Positions 17,790 through 28,533 are shown, counted from the first letter of the stretch. The stretch is DNA of 64,000 bases from an uncultured Erysipelotrichaceae bacterium (GCA_902791935.1 CADAXQ010000002.1:35738-99737); one strand, 5' to 3'. Numbers and translations: made by a program. Notes: a model not told the origin generated them from the sequence alone.

Positions 17790-19213
17790 CGCTTCTTGAT
17801 TTCCTCTTGCAGTGTCTTAGAGACCTCTGCGGGATTGACTTTGCCGTGGCTTGCTTTCATGACTTGGCCTACTAAGAAGCCCAAAACACGTTGGTTGCCT
17901 GCTTTGTAGTCCGCGATAGATTTTGGATTTTGGTCCAAAACATCGGTCACAAACTTCAAAATGACATTGCTGTCAGAGACTTGCGCCACAATATGTAACG
18001 CTTCTTTGGCTTCTTTCGGGCTGACGGAATTGGCTAAGACATAGTTTAAGATGTCGACGCATTGTTTATGTGACAAGCCATCTTTTTCTTGCCCGGTGAT
18101 GATTTCGCCTAACGTCTTTGGGCTTAAGGCGAAGTCTTGGATAGCAACGCCTTCCTTGTTGAGATACGTATTCACCTCAACAATCAGGTAATTGGCTAAA
18201 TCTTTTGCGTTTTGCACGAAAGGCACGCCGGCTTCAAAGTAAGCAGCCATCTTCGGATCAGACAAGATAATTTCAGCATCCGAACGCGATAATCCCATTG
18301 CCAAATAACGTTCTTTCTTCGCGTCATAAAGCTCGGGGCAAGTATCAATCGCGTTTTGCACGAAGTCATCGGAAAGATGAATCGGCGGGATGTTTGGTTC
18401 ACAGAAATATTTATAGTCGACGGCGTCGGTCTTGACCCGCATTAACACCGTTTTGCCTGAACCTTCATCCCAACGTCTTGTTTCCTGACGAACTTTTTCG
18501 CCCGAAAGGAGCAAGCGCGATTGTCTTGCGATTTCGTAGTCGATCGCTAACTCAATGTTCTTGAAGGAGTTAATGTTCTTGATTTCGACTTTCGTGCCGA
18601 ATTCTTTTTGCCCATAAGGACGGATGGATACGTTTGTATCGCAACGAAGCGATCCCTCTTCCATCTTGCCGTCGGATGTGCCGGTATAAACGACAATATT
18701 CCGAATCGCTTCGGCATATTCCCGCGCTTCCGTGCCATTAGAAATCTCGGGCAACGAAACAATTTCACAAAGTGGAACACCAGCACGGTTATAGTCCATT
18801 AACGTGTAATCCATGAAGTGCTCTTGTTTGCACGTATCTTCTTCCATGTGAATGCGCTCAATGCCAATGCGTTTTTTGCCACCTGGCACTTCGACATACA
18901 CATAGCCATTTTTCCCGATTGGGCGAGCTTGTTGCGTAATCTGGAAGCCCTTAGGAAGGTCAGAATAGAAATAGTTTTTGCGGTCGAAATATAACGTATG
19001 GTCAATCGTCATATGTAAGGCATTTGCCACACGAATGGCGTTGATCACCGCTTGTTTGTTCACGACTGGCATCGTGCCCGGGAAGGCCATATCTAACGGC
19101 GCGACCTGCGTATTCGGATCACGCGAAAAGCCATTCGGAGCCGAAGAGAACATCTTCGACTTCGTTTTTTGTTGGACGTGGATCTCTAACCCAATGACGG
19201 CTTCAAAGTTCAT
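17786..19213 (-). CDS. gatB: Asp/Glu-tRNA amidotransferase subunit B
   Basis: IGLEIH, FDRKNYFY.DLPKGFQITQ, MEEGSLRCD, EIKNINSF. Confidence 0.97.
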   Translation of the reverse strand: MNFEAVIGLEIHVQQKTKSKMFSSAPNGFSRDPNTQVAPLDMAFPGTMPVVNKQAVINAIRVANALHMTIDHTLYFDRKNYFYSDLPKGFQITQQARPIGKNGYVYVEVPGGKKRIGIERIHMEEDTCKQEHFMDYTLMDYNRAGVPLCEIVSLPEISNGTEAREYAEAIRNIVVYTGTSDGKMEEGSLRCDTNVSIRPYGQKEFGTKVEIKNINSFKNIELAIDYEIARQSRLLLSGEKVRQETRRWDEGSGKTVLMRVKTDAVDYKYFCEPNIPPIHLSDDFVQNAIDTCPELYDAKKERYLAMGLSRSDAEIILSDPKMAAYFEAGVPFVQNAKDLANYLIVEVNTYLNKEGVAIQDFALSPKTLGEIITGQEKDGLSHKQCVDILNYVLANSVSPKEAKEALHIVAQVSDSNVILKFVTDVLDQNPKSIADYKAGNQRVLGFLVGQVMKASHGKVNPAEVSKTLQEEIKKR

Positions 19214-20679
19214 AAATTGCCCTCCTTTGGATTCCGGACGCTAAGTTCGGCTAAACCACTTGCTCTTTCAAAGGCAGCCGCCAACTGGAAGAGTAACGTT
19301 TCCTGGAATGCGCCTGTCATGAAGTTGACTCCTAACGGAAGTCCGTTTTCAAAGCCAAGCGGCAACGTGATCGAAGGAAGACCGGCGAAGTTTCCTAAGC
19401 AAAGATGGTTATCCGCCATCAAGTATTCATCGGATAAGCGGTCGCTCGATTGATCGAAACGCGGCGCAACACTCGGCGCAGCCGCCAAATAAATCGCATC
19501 ATGATCCTTTAAGATCGCATTGACGCTTTCCACAATCTTCGCGCGGTTCCGTTGAGCCCGTAAGAACAGCTCTTCCTGGTTCTCCCGCATCAAGCAATAA
19601 GAACCAATCACAAAACGGCGTTTGATTAATTCCGAGAAGCCTTCGTTTCTCGCGTTGAACATGACCTCTTGATAAGTCTTGCCACCGCGATAGGGGCCAA
19701 ACTTAATGCCGTCAAGATTGGCATCATTCGAAGTTGCTTCGGCGCAAGAGATGACCATGTAGGTCGGATATAACGATTCAAGCAACGTGGAGTCCATCGA
19801 AACAAAATCGATGATGGCACCTTGCTCTTTTAAAACATCTAATGAATGGTTGAACGCTTTCAGTAACGTTTCATCCGCTAACGAGTCATAGATTTCCTGA
19901 ATGACGGCAATCTTTTTGCCAGCAATTGGTTCATTCATCTTCGATTCGTACTTCTCTACCGGACGTGTCGAAGAAGTCGAGTCATTCTCGTCTCTTCCGG
20001 CTAATACGTCGAGCAATACGGCTGCACTATAAACATCGCGCGTGAAATAACCGACATGGTCCAAAGAAGGGGCGAATGGGAATAACCCATAACGGGAAAT
20101 CCGTCCCCAAGTCGGTTTCGTGCCGACTAAACCCGCAAACGAAGCTGGTTTTCGAACAGAGTCGCCCGTATCAGAGCCTAAGGCAAACGGCACAATACCG
20201 TCAGCAACGGAAACGGCGCTTCCACAAGAAGAACCACCGATTTCATGTTGGTGCGAAGGATCATAGGGGTTATAGGTAATGCCTAAATGGCCCGTTGTAC
20301 CCGTGCCACCCATGGCAAGTTCGTCCATGGTAGCCTTCGCAATCATAACGGCCTTGGCGTCTTTTAATTTTTGAATGACGGTTGCATCAAAAACTGGCAC
20401 ATAGCCATTCAAGATATTGCTTGAGGCAGTCGTAGGAATGCCTTTGGTTGAGAAGTTATCCTTCGCGACATACGGGATACCCCAAAGCGGATTGTCCGCT
20501 TCTGGTTCAGTTAAAGTGGCTGCAAACGCTAACGCGCCTTCTTCGTTAATGTACTCAAAGGCGTTATCGGAATTGGCTTTTGCTCGCGCAATGGCTTCTT
20601 TCGTTAATTCGAGTGGCGTGGTCTTTTTCTCCACCAAGGCTTGGTGAAGTTCTGCCAAAGAAAGATCGAGCATGTCCAT
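19210..20679 (-). CDS. gatA: Glu-tRNA amidotransferase subunit A
   Basis: KDN, MDELAMG, GGSSCGS and GSDTGDSVRKPA amidase signature. Confidence 0.96.
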   Translation of the reverse strand: MDMLDLSLAELHQALVEKKTTPLELTKEAIARAKANSDNAFEYINEEGALAFAATLTEPEADNPLWGIPYVAKDNFSTKGIPTTASSNILNGYVPVFDATVIQKLKDAKAVMIAKATMDELAMGGTGTTGHLGITYNPYDPSHQHEIGGSSCGSAVSVADGIVPFALGSDTGDSVRKPASFAGLVGTKPTWGRISRYGLFPFAPSLDHVGYFTRDVYSAAVLLDVLAGRDENDSTSSTRPVEKYESKMNEPIAGKKIAVIQEIYDSLADETLLKAFNHSLDVLKEQGAIIDFVSMDSTLLESLYPTYMVISCAEATSNDANLDGIKFGPYRGGKTYQEVMFNARNEGFSELIKRRFVIGSYCLMRENQEELFLRAQRNRAKIVESVNAILKDHDAIYLAAAPSVAPRFDQSSDRLSDEYLMADNHLCLGNFAGLPSITLPLGFENGLPLGVNFMTGAFQETLLFQLAAAFERASGLAELSVRNPKEGNL

Positions 20680-20975
20680 TAGCCTACCACCTTCGGGAGT
20701 TTAATCTGCCCGTCTTGTTTGTTCCCGGCGTTCTTGAGCGCTTCTTCGCGTGTCAATGGAGCCACAGGAACATCTTCCCGTAAGTAGGAAGTCGTGCAGT
20801 CAAAAGGGAACGTCATCGGTTCATAGTTTCCTAAATCCGGAATTTCCCCGATGATGGCCATCTGCTTGGTGAGGATTTTAAATTCGCCCATCAAAGTGTC
20901 GTATTGTTCGTCTGACATCGTGAAGAGCAGACGATTGGCGGCATCTTGTAGGACCTCTTTTGTGATCGTTTTCAT
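20679..20975 (-). CDS. gatC: Amidotransferase subunit C
   Basis: LREDV...REEALKNA...IKLPKVV. Lies upstream of gatA. Confidence 0.9.
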   Translation of the reverse strand: MKTITKEVLQDAANRLLFTMSDEQYDTLMGEFKILTKQMAIIGEIPDLGNYEPMTFPFDCTTSYLREDVPVAPLTREEALKNAGNKQDGQIKLPKVVG

Positions 20976-21029
20976 AAGCGTTACCTTAAAAAGGTTACCA
21001 CTTCTTAGTGGTAATAAGAAGACAGAAGC

Positions 21030-21476
21030 CTAGGCGTTTTCTTTTTCTAGCGCCATGATTTTGGCAACGCGTGCCGTATGACGTCCTCCTTCAAAGGGGG
21101 TGGTCAAAAATAAATCCACGCGTGGCATGACTTCTTCAGGGGTCATGAAGCGGCCAGCAAAGGCGATCATATTCGCATCGTTATGTTGGCGAAGCAATCC
21201 AGAAACCGCATCGTTATAGCCGATGCCGCAACGCACGCCTTTGATTTTGTTCGCGGCCATGGAGATACCTTCGGCCGAACCACAGCACACAATGCCAAAG
21301 CGGGCTTTTCCAGAAACTACGTCTCTCCCCACGGCAGCACCATAATCGGGATAATCCACCCGTTCTTCAGAATGCGTGCCTTCATCGAGCACTTCATAGC
21401 CTTTTTCTAACAAATGAGCTTTGATGGCTTCTTTTAAAGCAAAGCCCGCATGATCTGAACCGATAGCGATTTTCAT
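21030..21476 (-). CDS. rpiB: Ribose-5-phosphate isomerase B
   Basis: IGSDHAG, VDYPDY, ANKIKGVR, HNDAN, FEGGRH. Confidence 0.95.
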   Translation of the reverse strand: MKIAIGSDHAGFALKEAIKAHLLEKGYEVLDEGTHSEERVDYPDYGAAVGRDVVSGKARFGIVCCGSAEGISMAANKIKGVRCGIGYNDAVSGLLRQHNDANMIAFAGRFMTPEEVMPRVDLFLTTPFEGGRHTARVAKIMALEKENA

Positions 21477-22087
21477 TTTGTTACCTCCCATACCGCTTTT
21501 ACGTTGTCAAAGGATAATGCCCCTTGCCGCACCAATGTCAGTTGATTGTCTTTTGATAAGTCGACGATGGTCGTCGGAATTTTAGAAACGCATTGCCCTT
21601 TGACAATGCCGCCAATCTTGCCGTCGAAATAACGCAATGCCTCTTCATACGTTCTTGAGGTTGGCTGTCCAGAAAGATTGGCCGATGTCAATAAGCACGG
21701 AACACCGACTTCGTGAAGCAAACGCGAAACATAAGGATCGTCGGGAATACGGACACCGACAACACCAGTACCTAGCGTAACGTGCCAAGGCAAAGTGTTT
21801 TTTGCTTTCACTAAGACGGTGAGTTGACCAGGCAAGAACTTTTCCATGACCGCTTTGGCACGCTTATCAATTTCCAGATATGGCAAAGCGGAAGCAAGAC
21901 AGTCAAACGCCAAAGCAAATGGCTTATCGGGATTGCGATTCTTGGTGGCAACCAGGCGGTCAAATGCCGCTTTGCTATCCGCTCTTACAGCCAGGCCATA
22001 AACTGTCTCCGTCGGCAAGGCAAGCACCTCCCCATTTTGTAGGACTTTTACCGGCCCTTTAAAATTCGAAGTATCGAAATATTCCAT
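21473..22087 (-). CDS. tsaC: L-threonylcarbamoyladenylate synthase (YrdC domain)
   Basis: PTETVYGL, K.R..DKP, PGQLT, TSANLSG. Confidence 0.93.
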   Translation of the reverse strand: MEYFDTSNFKGPVKVLQNGEVLALPTETVYGLAVRADSKAAFDRLVATKNRNPDKPFALAFDCLASALPYLEIDKRAKAVMEKFLPGQLTVLVKAKNTLPWHVTLGTGVVGVRIPDDPYVSRLLHEVGVPCLLTSANLSGQPTSRTYEEALRYFDGKIGGIVKGQCVSKIPTTIVDLSKDNQLTLVRQGALSFDNVKAVWEVTK

Positions 22088-22107
22088 GTAAAACCCCTCT
22101 CTTTTGG

Positions 22108-22956
22108 TTATTCTTCGTAGACAAATAAGAAACGATCAAATCCATTCAAATCCTTCTCAAATCGATATTCAGGATGCTTCATATATTGATGAATTAGCCC
22201 TTCTAGCCAGTCTTTTAAATCCGGTGAGATTTCAAAGACCATCAAGATGTCTCCTGACTTTACTTTTGGGTAATCGCGGAATATCGATTCATAGACCGAG
22301 CGCGCTGGATCTAACCATAACGCCGAGGCAGGTTCATAACGACGTACGGATTCTTGCGCATCTTTCGGATCCAGGATGTAAGGCGGATTCGAAACGATGA
22401 TATCTAGGTTCGTCTTGTTTTCAATATAAGGCTTTAAGGCATCGCCTTGGAACGTCTGAACATTCATATGCTGGTCATGAAAGTTTTTCTTGGCAACCGC
22501 TAACGCTGCCGAAGAAATATCACTCGCGGCAAATAACCAGTTCGGGAACGATTGATGAAGTGCGATGGGGATACACCCACTTCCGGTTCCAACATCCCCG
22601 CAAACGAGATAATTCCTGGGGTCATAATAGTTCCCAATCTCTTCGGTTAATTTGGCGACTAATTCTTCGGTTTCACCCCGGGGAATTAACACATTTTCAT
22701 CCACGTATAGTGGAATGCCTAAGAAATCGGCTTGATGCAAGATGTATTCCACGGGCATGTCATCGTCAATTAAGCGGCGGCATTGTTGCTGAAATAACGC
22801 ATAATGTTTCATCGGTTCATCTTGATGCATTAACACATCAATGTGCTCCGCGAAACCTTCATTATGCATGACTAAAAGACGAAGATCGTTGGTGGTTACT
22901 CCTTTGTCTTTTCCATAAGCATAAGCGGCATGCATGGCTTCAGCGATGGTTGGCAT
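22108..22956 (-). CDS. prmC: Release factor glutamine methyltransferase
   Basis: VLIPRGETEELV, DVGTGSG, SNPPY. Follows prfA. Confidence 0.94.
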   Translation of the reverse strand: MPTIAEAMHAAYAYGKDKGVTTNDLRLLVMHNEGFAEHIDVLMHQDEPMKHYALFQQQCRRLIDDDMPVEYILHQADFLGIPLYVDENVLIPRGETEELVAKLTEEIGNYYDPRNYLVCGDVGTGSGCIPIALHQSFPNWLFAASDISSAALAVAKKNFHDQHMNVQTFQGDALKPYIENKTNLDIIVSNPPYILDPKDAQESVRRYEPASALWLDPARSVYESIFRDYPKVKSGDILMVFEISPDLKDWLEGLIHQYMKHPEYRFEKDLNGFDRFLFVYEE

Positions 22957-24037
22957 CTTGTTGCTCGCTTTCGAGGAGTTTTTGCTCCTGATCGTAATGA
23001 ATTAACGCATCGATGATGGGTTCGAGTTCCCCTTCCATCACGCGGTCTAACGTGTTGGTCGTAAAGCCGATACGATGGTCAGTCACCCGGTTTTGCGGAT
23101 AGTTATAGGTCCGGATCTTTTCACTTCGTTCGCCCGTCCCGACTTTGAGTTTCCGTTCGTTATCCCGCGCGGCATCTTCTTTCGATTGGTAATAATCTTT
23201 GACTTTGGCCCGAATCATTCGCATACAGATTTCTTTGTTTTGCAACTGGGCTTTTTCCGTTTGGCACGAGACGACAATTCCCGTTGGAATATGGGTAATT
23301 CTTACGGCCGATTCGGTTTTATTCACGTTCTGACCGCCGGCGCCTTGGGAACGATATGTGTCAATCTTTAAATCGGCAGGATTGATTTTGACGTCGACTT
23401 CTTCGGCTTCCGGCATGACCAAAACCGTTGCGGTAGAAGTATGAATTCGGCCAGAGGCTTCCGTCTTTGGCACTCGTTGCACCCGATGGGCACCGCTTTC
23501 GAATTTTAGCTTCGAATAAACGTTCTCCCCTTGCACCATGAAAGAAACATAGGAATAGCCACCTGCGGCCCCTTCTTCTCCATCGATGTATTTGAGTTTC
23601 CAGCCCTGCCCTTCGCAATAACGGGTATACATGCGGAACAAATCCCCGGCAAAAAGGTTGGCTTCATCGCCACCGACTGCACCGCGGATTTCCACGATGA
23701 TGTTCTTCGAATCATTCGGATCGACCGGAATCAAAAGAACTTTAAACCGTTCTTCCATCTCCTCCATGCTCTTTAACATCGTCTTGCGTTCTTCTTTCAT
23801 TGCTTCTGCAAGGTCAGGATCGCCGCTTTCGATTAACGCTAAGGCGTCTTTCGCGTCTTGCTCGGTTTTTAAATACGTCCGATAAAGCTCATAAGGTTCA
23901 TCCAAAGAAGCGCGTTCCTTGGTTAACGCCGTTAAATGAGCAATATCGTTTTCAATGGCAGGATCGGCTAATTCAGCATCAATTTCTTCGTGCCGTTTTA
24001 GTAACGTATCCAACCGTTTTCGCATGCTTTCTTCCAT
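22940..24037 (-). CDS. prfA: Peptide chain release factor 1
   Basis: HRVQRVPKTE (PxT motif), GAGGQ, IRTYNYPQNRVTDHRI. Confidence 0.98.
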   Translation of the reverse strand: MEESMRKRLDTLLKRHEEIDAELADPAIENDIAHLTALTKERASLDEPYELYRTYLKTEQDAKDALALIESGDPDLAEAMKEERKTMLKSMEEMEERFKVLLIPVDPNDSKNIIVEIRGAVGGDEANLFAGDLFRMYTRYCEGQGWKLKYIDGEEGAAGGYSYVSFMVQGENVYSKLKFESGAHRVQRVPKTEASGRIHTSTATVLVMPEAEEVDVKINPADLKIDTYRSQGAGGQNVNKTESAVRITHIPTGIVVSCQTEKAQLQNKEICMRMIRAKVKDYYQSKEDAARDNERKLKVGTGERSEKIRTYNYPQNRVTDHRIGFTTNTLDRVMEGELEPIIDALIHYDQEQKLLESEQQDANHR

Positions 24038-24191
24038 CGTAATGCCATGCCTTTCTCTTTTTACTTCTCCTATAGTCTAATGAAGAGAACAAGGTTCCTT
24101 CAAATAATTTCCATCAAAAGGGCTTTCAAAAACCATGTTCTAACTAGTTAGAAAGGGGTCTATCGGGTATAATGACAAGCGGGTAACGAAT

Positions 24192-25988
24192 ATGTCTTAT
24201 AAAGCGCTCTATTTGAAGTATCGTCCGCAGACTTTTGAAGAAGTCGCCGGACAAGAAGCGATTGTTCGCACATTAAAAAATGCTTTGGCCAATGACAAAT
24301 TGGCCCATGCTTATTTATTTGCTGGTCCAAGAGGAACGGGCAAAACTACGATGGCGCGTCTTTTAGCAAAGGCGCTAGATTGCTCCGAAGGAATCGGGCA
24401 TCAATGCAACCACTGCGAAAACTGCGTGGCCATCACCGAAGGCACGCATCCGGATGTCATTGAAATCGACGCAGCCTCAAATAACGGGGTGGATCAGGTG
24501 CGGGAACTCATTGAAAAAGTGAACTATGCCCCGATTAAAGGCCGGTATAAGGTTTATATCATCGATGAAGTCCACATGATGACCGATGCGGCATTCAATG
24601 CCTTATTAAAGACCATTGAGGAACCGCCAGAGCGAGTCATCTTCATTCTTTGCACCACGGAACCTTATAAAGTCTTGCCAACGATCCTTTCACGTTGCCA
24701 ACGTTTTGACTTTGGAAAGATCCCTGAAGAAGAGATGAAGGCAAAACTTGCTGACATCTTACAAAAAGAAGGCGTCAGCTTCGACGAAAAGAGCTTGCCT
24801 TTGATTGTTCGTCTTGCCGATGGCGGCATGCGGGATGCGTTATCGATCCTTGACCAAGTCATCGCCTATTCGGGTTCTTCGTTACACCAAGAAGATGTCC
24901 TAGCGATGTTCGGTTTGGCCTCCGATGAAGAGAAAATCGACTTATTGGTCTCCTTAAAGAAAGGCGATGTCTCTAGAGTTGTTGGAAAATCCGAAGCCTA
25001 TCTTGCTTCAGGCATCGATATCCGCCGCTTAGTCTCCGAACTCATTGGTTTCTTAAAAGACCTCTTAATTTATGAAAAAACGAAGACGCCGGCTTTAATG
25101 GATAGTTTGAACGAACAAGAAGCTCGTGAATTATCCCGTTCGTTAGGTCCAAAAGATTGCAACCGCATGTTACAAAAATTGGTCGCAACACAAAACGATT
25201 TTAAGAATGTCTCGGACATCCGCGCTTTGTTCGAACTCGCCTTGCTTCAAATGGCAACCGATTCAAACGACGACGAGCCTGTTAAAGTGGCACCCGTCAT
25301 CGCAAAACCCGAGCCTAAGCCTGAACCAAAACCTGAGCCGAAGTCAGAGCCAAAGCCGGAGCCAAAGACGGAAGTAAAACCAGAGCCTAAGCCAGCGCCC
25401 GCTCCGAAAGTCGAAGAAAAACCAATCGAGGACGCCCCAGATTGGTTATTGGCTGAAGACCGTCCAATCGAAGAAAGCAAGCCGAAAGCGTCAGAAGCGA
25501 AGCCTGCCCCTACGCCGAAGCCACAGCCAGTTACCCCCATTGATACGTCGAGCATCACACGTCCAAATATTGCCACGAGTGGTACCGCATTCCATCTTGA
25601 AGATGACCAACTCTTCTCCATCATGGTGCTTGCCAATCGAAACGAACGGACGGAACTGGTGAAGAACTGGGACCGTTTAGACCCGTTACGGCTCGATCCG
25701 AAGTTTGGCGCTTTAGCCAGCTTGCTTTACGAAGGAAAACCTTATGCTCTTTCAGCAGAAGCCATGATTCTCTCATATCGTTTCACGACGAAGGCGGAAT
25801 TGGCAAACCTCGTAGCGAATCAAGAACCACTCGAGCAATTAGCCGCCACCTTAATTGGGAGAAAAGTATTTATCTATGCGATTGACCCCGATGTGCAGAC
25901 GAGAGTGCGTGGCATCTACTTCTCAAAGATGCAATTAGGAAAATTGCCAAAACGCGATGAAGTGAAACTCGTCTTACCGAAAATCTAA
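24192..25988 (+). CDS. dnaX: DNA polymerase III subunit gamma/tau
   Basis: YRPQTF, GPRGTGKTT, EIDAASNNGVD, IIDEVHM, SRCQRF. PKPE-repeat linker. Confidence 0.97.
   Translation: MSYKALYLKYRPQTFEEVAGQEAIVRTLKNALANDKLAHAYLFAGPRGTGKTTMARLLAKALDCSEGIGHQCNHCENCVAITEGTHPDVIEIDAASNNGVDQVRELIEKVNYAPIKGRYKVYIIDEVHMMTDAAFNALLKTIEEPPERVIFILCTTEPYKVLPTILSRCQRFDFGKIPEEEMKAKLADILQKEGVSFDEKSLPLIVRLADGGMRDALSILDQVIAYSGSSLHQEDVLAMFGLASDEEKIDLLVSLKKGDVSRVVGKSEAYLASGIDIRRLVSELIGFLKDLLIYEKTKTPALMDSLNEQEARELSRSLGPKDCNRMLQKLVATQNDFKNVSDIRALFELALLQMATDSNDDEPVKVAPVIAKPEPKPEPKPEPKSEPKPEPKTEVKPEPKPAPAPKVEEKPIEDAPDWLLAEDRPIEESKPKASEAKPAPTPKPQPVTPIDTSSITRPNIATSGTAFHLEDDQLFSIMVLANRNERTELVKNWDRLDPLRLDPKFGALASLLYEGKPYALSAEAMILSYRFTTKAELANLVANQEPLEQLAATLIGRKVFIYAIDPDVQTRVRGIYFSKMQLGKLPKRDEVKLVLPKI
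25303..25410 (+). repeat. Degenerate 12-bp coding repeats encoding the (PKPE)n linker of DnaX
   Basis: KPEPKPEPKPEPKSEPKPEPKTEVKPEPKP with synonymous variation between units. Confidence 0.8.
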
Positions 25989-26011
25989 AGAAAAGGAGAT
26001 ATCTAAATCTT

Positions 26012-26317
26012 ATGAATCAAATGCAACAAATGCTCATGCAAGCGCAACGCATGCAACGCGAATTACAAAAGGCGCATGAAGCGTTAGAGCAAAAAGAATT
26101 TGTCGTTGAAAAAGCGGGCTTGGTGAAAGTCACGTTAACCGGGGACCGCAAAGTGAAATCCTTAGAAATCACACCTGACGCTTTAACGGCCGATGATGCC
26201 GAGATGATTCAAGACACCATTGTGGCTGCCATCAACGAAGCGTTAGAGCAAATTCAAGAAGCCAACGACAAGATTGACGAAGAAATCACCGGCCGGAAAG
26301 GTGGCATGGGATTCTAA
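26012..26317 (+). CDS. ybaB: YbaB/EbfC nucleoid-associated protein
   Basis: QAQRMQ...GLVKVTLTG...QDTIVAAINEAL. Lies between dnaX and recR. Confidence 0.93.
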   Translation: MNQMQQMLMQAQRMQRELQKAHEALEQKEFVVEKAGLVKVTLTGDRKVKSLEITPDALTADDAEMIQDTIVAAINEALEQIQEANDKIDEEITGRKGGMGF

Positions 26318-26910
26318 TGAAAGAACTCCCTTCGTTACAAGCTTTAATCGATTCGTTTGGCAAATTACCTGGCGTCGGTGTGAAAAGCGCTGAACGGATG
26401 GCGTATGCCGTCCTTTCGTGGTCCGCGGAAGACCGAAGTGAATTTGCCAAAGCGCTTCAAGACGTGAGTCAAAAAGTCCACCGCTGCCCAATCTGCGGTC
26501 TTTATACCGAAGACGAAAAATGCGAAATTTGCCAAGACCCTACTCGCGACCAAAGCGTGCTTTGTGTGGTGAATGAGCCAAAAGACGCCGTCGCCATTGA
26601 AAAAATGAATCGTTTCCATGGCCTATACCATGTTTTAGGTGGCGTCATTAATGTCACGAAAGGCATTGGCGCGGATGCTTTAGCGATTGATCCGTTACTT
26701 CATCGTGTCGAAGAAGGCCATATCCAAGAAGTGATTTTGGCCACCAACCCAACCGTTGATGGGGAAACCACTGCCTTATTCGTGGCGAAGTTATTAGAAG
26801 GCAAAGTCAATGTCACCCGCTTAGGTTATGGTTTGCCAATGGGTTCGGCACTGGACTACACCGATTCTTTGACGTTAGCGAAAGCCTTTGAAGGCAGAAA
26901 GAAGATTTAA
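26317..26910 (+). CDS. recR: Recombination mediator RecR
   Basis: LPGVGVKSAERMA, C4 zinc finger, YHVLGG, ATNPTVDGETTA. Confidence 0.97.
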   Translation: MKELPSLQALIDSFGKLPGVGVKSAERMAYAVLSWSAEDRSEFAKALQDVSQKVHRCPICGLYTEDEKCEICQDPTRDQSVLCVVNEPKDAVAIEKMNRFHGLYHVLGGVINVTKGIGADALAIDPLLHRVEEGHIQEVILATNPTVDGETTALFVAKLLEGKVNVTRLGYGLPMGSALDYTDSLTLAKAFEGRKKI

Positions 26911-26911
26911 T

Positions 26912-27535
26912 ATGTTCATCACATTCGAAGGCGGTGAAGGATCGGGGAAAACGACCTGCATTCAAAAAGTTGTCGCCCATTTGCAAAACGAACATTACGA
27001 TGTCGTCTTAACAAGAGAACCAGGCGGAACCCCCATCTCCGAAGAAATCCGGAATGTCATCTTAGATAAAAAGAATACCGACATGGATCCGAGAACGGAG
27101 GCGTTACTTTATGCCGCCTCGCGTCGGCAACACATCGTGGAGAAGATTCTTCCTGCCTTAAAAGCGGGCAAGATTGTGATTTCCGACCGATTCTTAGACT
27201 CTTCTTTAGCCTATCAAGGCGGAGCAAGAGGACTTGGCATCGATACGATTTACCAAGTGAATCAGTACGCAACCGAAGGCTTAGAACCAGATGTTACCTT
27301 CTTTTTTGACATCGATCCCGAAGAAGGTCTAGCCCGGATTGCGAAAAACGCTGGTCGTGAGGTAAACCGCTTAGACGTCGAAGCGTTAGCGTTTCACCAA
27401 AAAGTCCGGGCTGCTTTCCAAGCGATTGCGAAGCAGAATCCCAAACGAATCGTGACCATTGATGCTTCCAAAAGTGCGGAAGAAGTTTATGAAACCGTGC
27501 TTCACGAAATTGAAAAGAGACTGAAGAAAGCATGA
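26912..27535 (+). CDS. tmk: Thymidylate kinase
   Basis: FITFEGGEGSGKTT, TREPGG, DRFLDSSLAYQG. Confidence 0.97.
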   Translation: MFITFEGGEGSGKTTCIQKVVAHLQNEHYDVVLTREPGGTPISEEIRNVILDKKNTDMDPRTEALLYAASRRQHIVEKILPALKAGKIVISDRFLDSSLAYQGGARGLGIDTIYQVNQYATEGLEPDVTFFFDIDPEEGLARIAKNAGREVNRLDVEALAFHQKVRAAFQAIAKQNPKRIVTIDASKSAEEVYETVLHEIEKRLKKA

Positions 27536-28533
27536 AATTTGGCGCGTATCTAGAACAATATCAACCCGTCGCTTATCGGGCGTTTGCTCGTGCGTTAGAA
27601 AATCATCGGGTTGCACATGCTTATTTGCTTTCGGGTGAAGCAGGCGTGCCGCTTTTAAAAACGGCCACCTATTTCGCAAAATCACTACTTTGTGATCACC
27701 CGAACCCCTTAGCGTGCGAAGAATGTCGTTCTTGCTTACGCGTGGACCATCACACCTATTCCGATTTTATTGTCTTAGATGGTAAGAATGGGCAAATTAA
27801 AAAAGGTGATGTCCAAACCATCGTCTCCGATTTTTCGAAAACTCCTTTGGAAGCCAAAGGCATCTTGATCTATGTTGTGAACCTCGTGGAAAACATGAAC
27901 GTTCAGGCGATTAACTCTCTATTGAAGTTCTTAGAAGAGCCGCCGGCAGGAACATATGCGTTCTTAACTTGTGAAAATGAAGCCAAGGTTTTGCCTACCA
28001 TCATGTCGCGTTGCGAACGGATTCGTTTGTTATTATTGCCCGAAGACGTTGTATTCTCTGAAGCGTTAAAAGAAGGCGTCTTGGAAGAAGATGCCGAATG
28101 GTTGGCCCCGCTCATCAATGATCCAACCCAATTAGCCGAAGCGGCTTCATCGGAGGAATATCACACGTTAAGGCAACTCATCGATGCTACGTTGGACGCT
28201 TTATTAAAAGGCCCTAATGATGCTGCCTTTGTGATGGAGTCTAGTGTGATTCCCGCCTTGACAGGTGGAAAGAAAAATGCCGTTCTTTTGCAACCGCGCT
28301 ATTATTTGGATATGCTCTCCCTGGTGTTCCAAGATGCCATCACGCATCAGGTGGGTGGCAAAATTCGGTTAACATCGCAAGAAGAAACCATCGGGCAATT
28401 GGTTTATGCCTTGCCTCATTTAGATGCCTCGTTAGCGGAAATCCTTAAGGTTCGTAGCCTTCTCGATACCAATTTATCTTCCGCTTTGGCTTTGATGCAC
28501 TTGATCTTATTCTTGACGGAGGAAAATGTATGA
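27532..28533 (+). CDS. holB: DNA polymerase III delta-prime subunit
   Basis: AHAYLL, Zn-binding Cys cluster, NSLLKFLEEP, LPTIMSRC. Follows tmk. Confidence 0.92.
   Translation: MKFGAYLEQYQPVAYRAFARALENHRVAHAYLLSGEAGVPLLKTATYFAKSLLCDHPNPLACEECRSCLRVDHHTYSDFIVLDGKNGQIKKGDVQTIVSDFSKTPLEAKGILIYVVNLVENMNVQAINSLLKFLEEPPAGTYAFLTCENEAKVLPTIMSRCERIRLLLLPEDVVFSEALKEGVLEEDAEWLAPLINDPTQLAEAASSEEYHTLRQLIDATLDALLKGPNDAAFVMESSVIPALTGGKKNAVLLQPRYYLDMLSLVFQDAITHQVGGKIRLTSQEETIGQLVYALPHLDASLAEILKVRSLLDTNLSSALALMHLILFLTEENV

Noticed and set aside
24038-25988. SRP RNA upstream of dnaX, or a dnaX programmed frameshift
   Set aside because: The 154-bp spacer shows only promoter-like sequence, and no in-frame A-AAA-AAG or long A-run slippery site was seen
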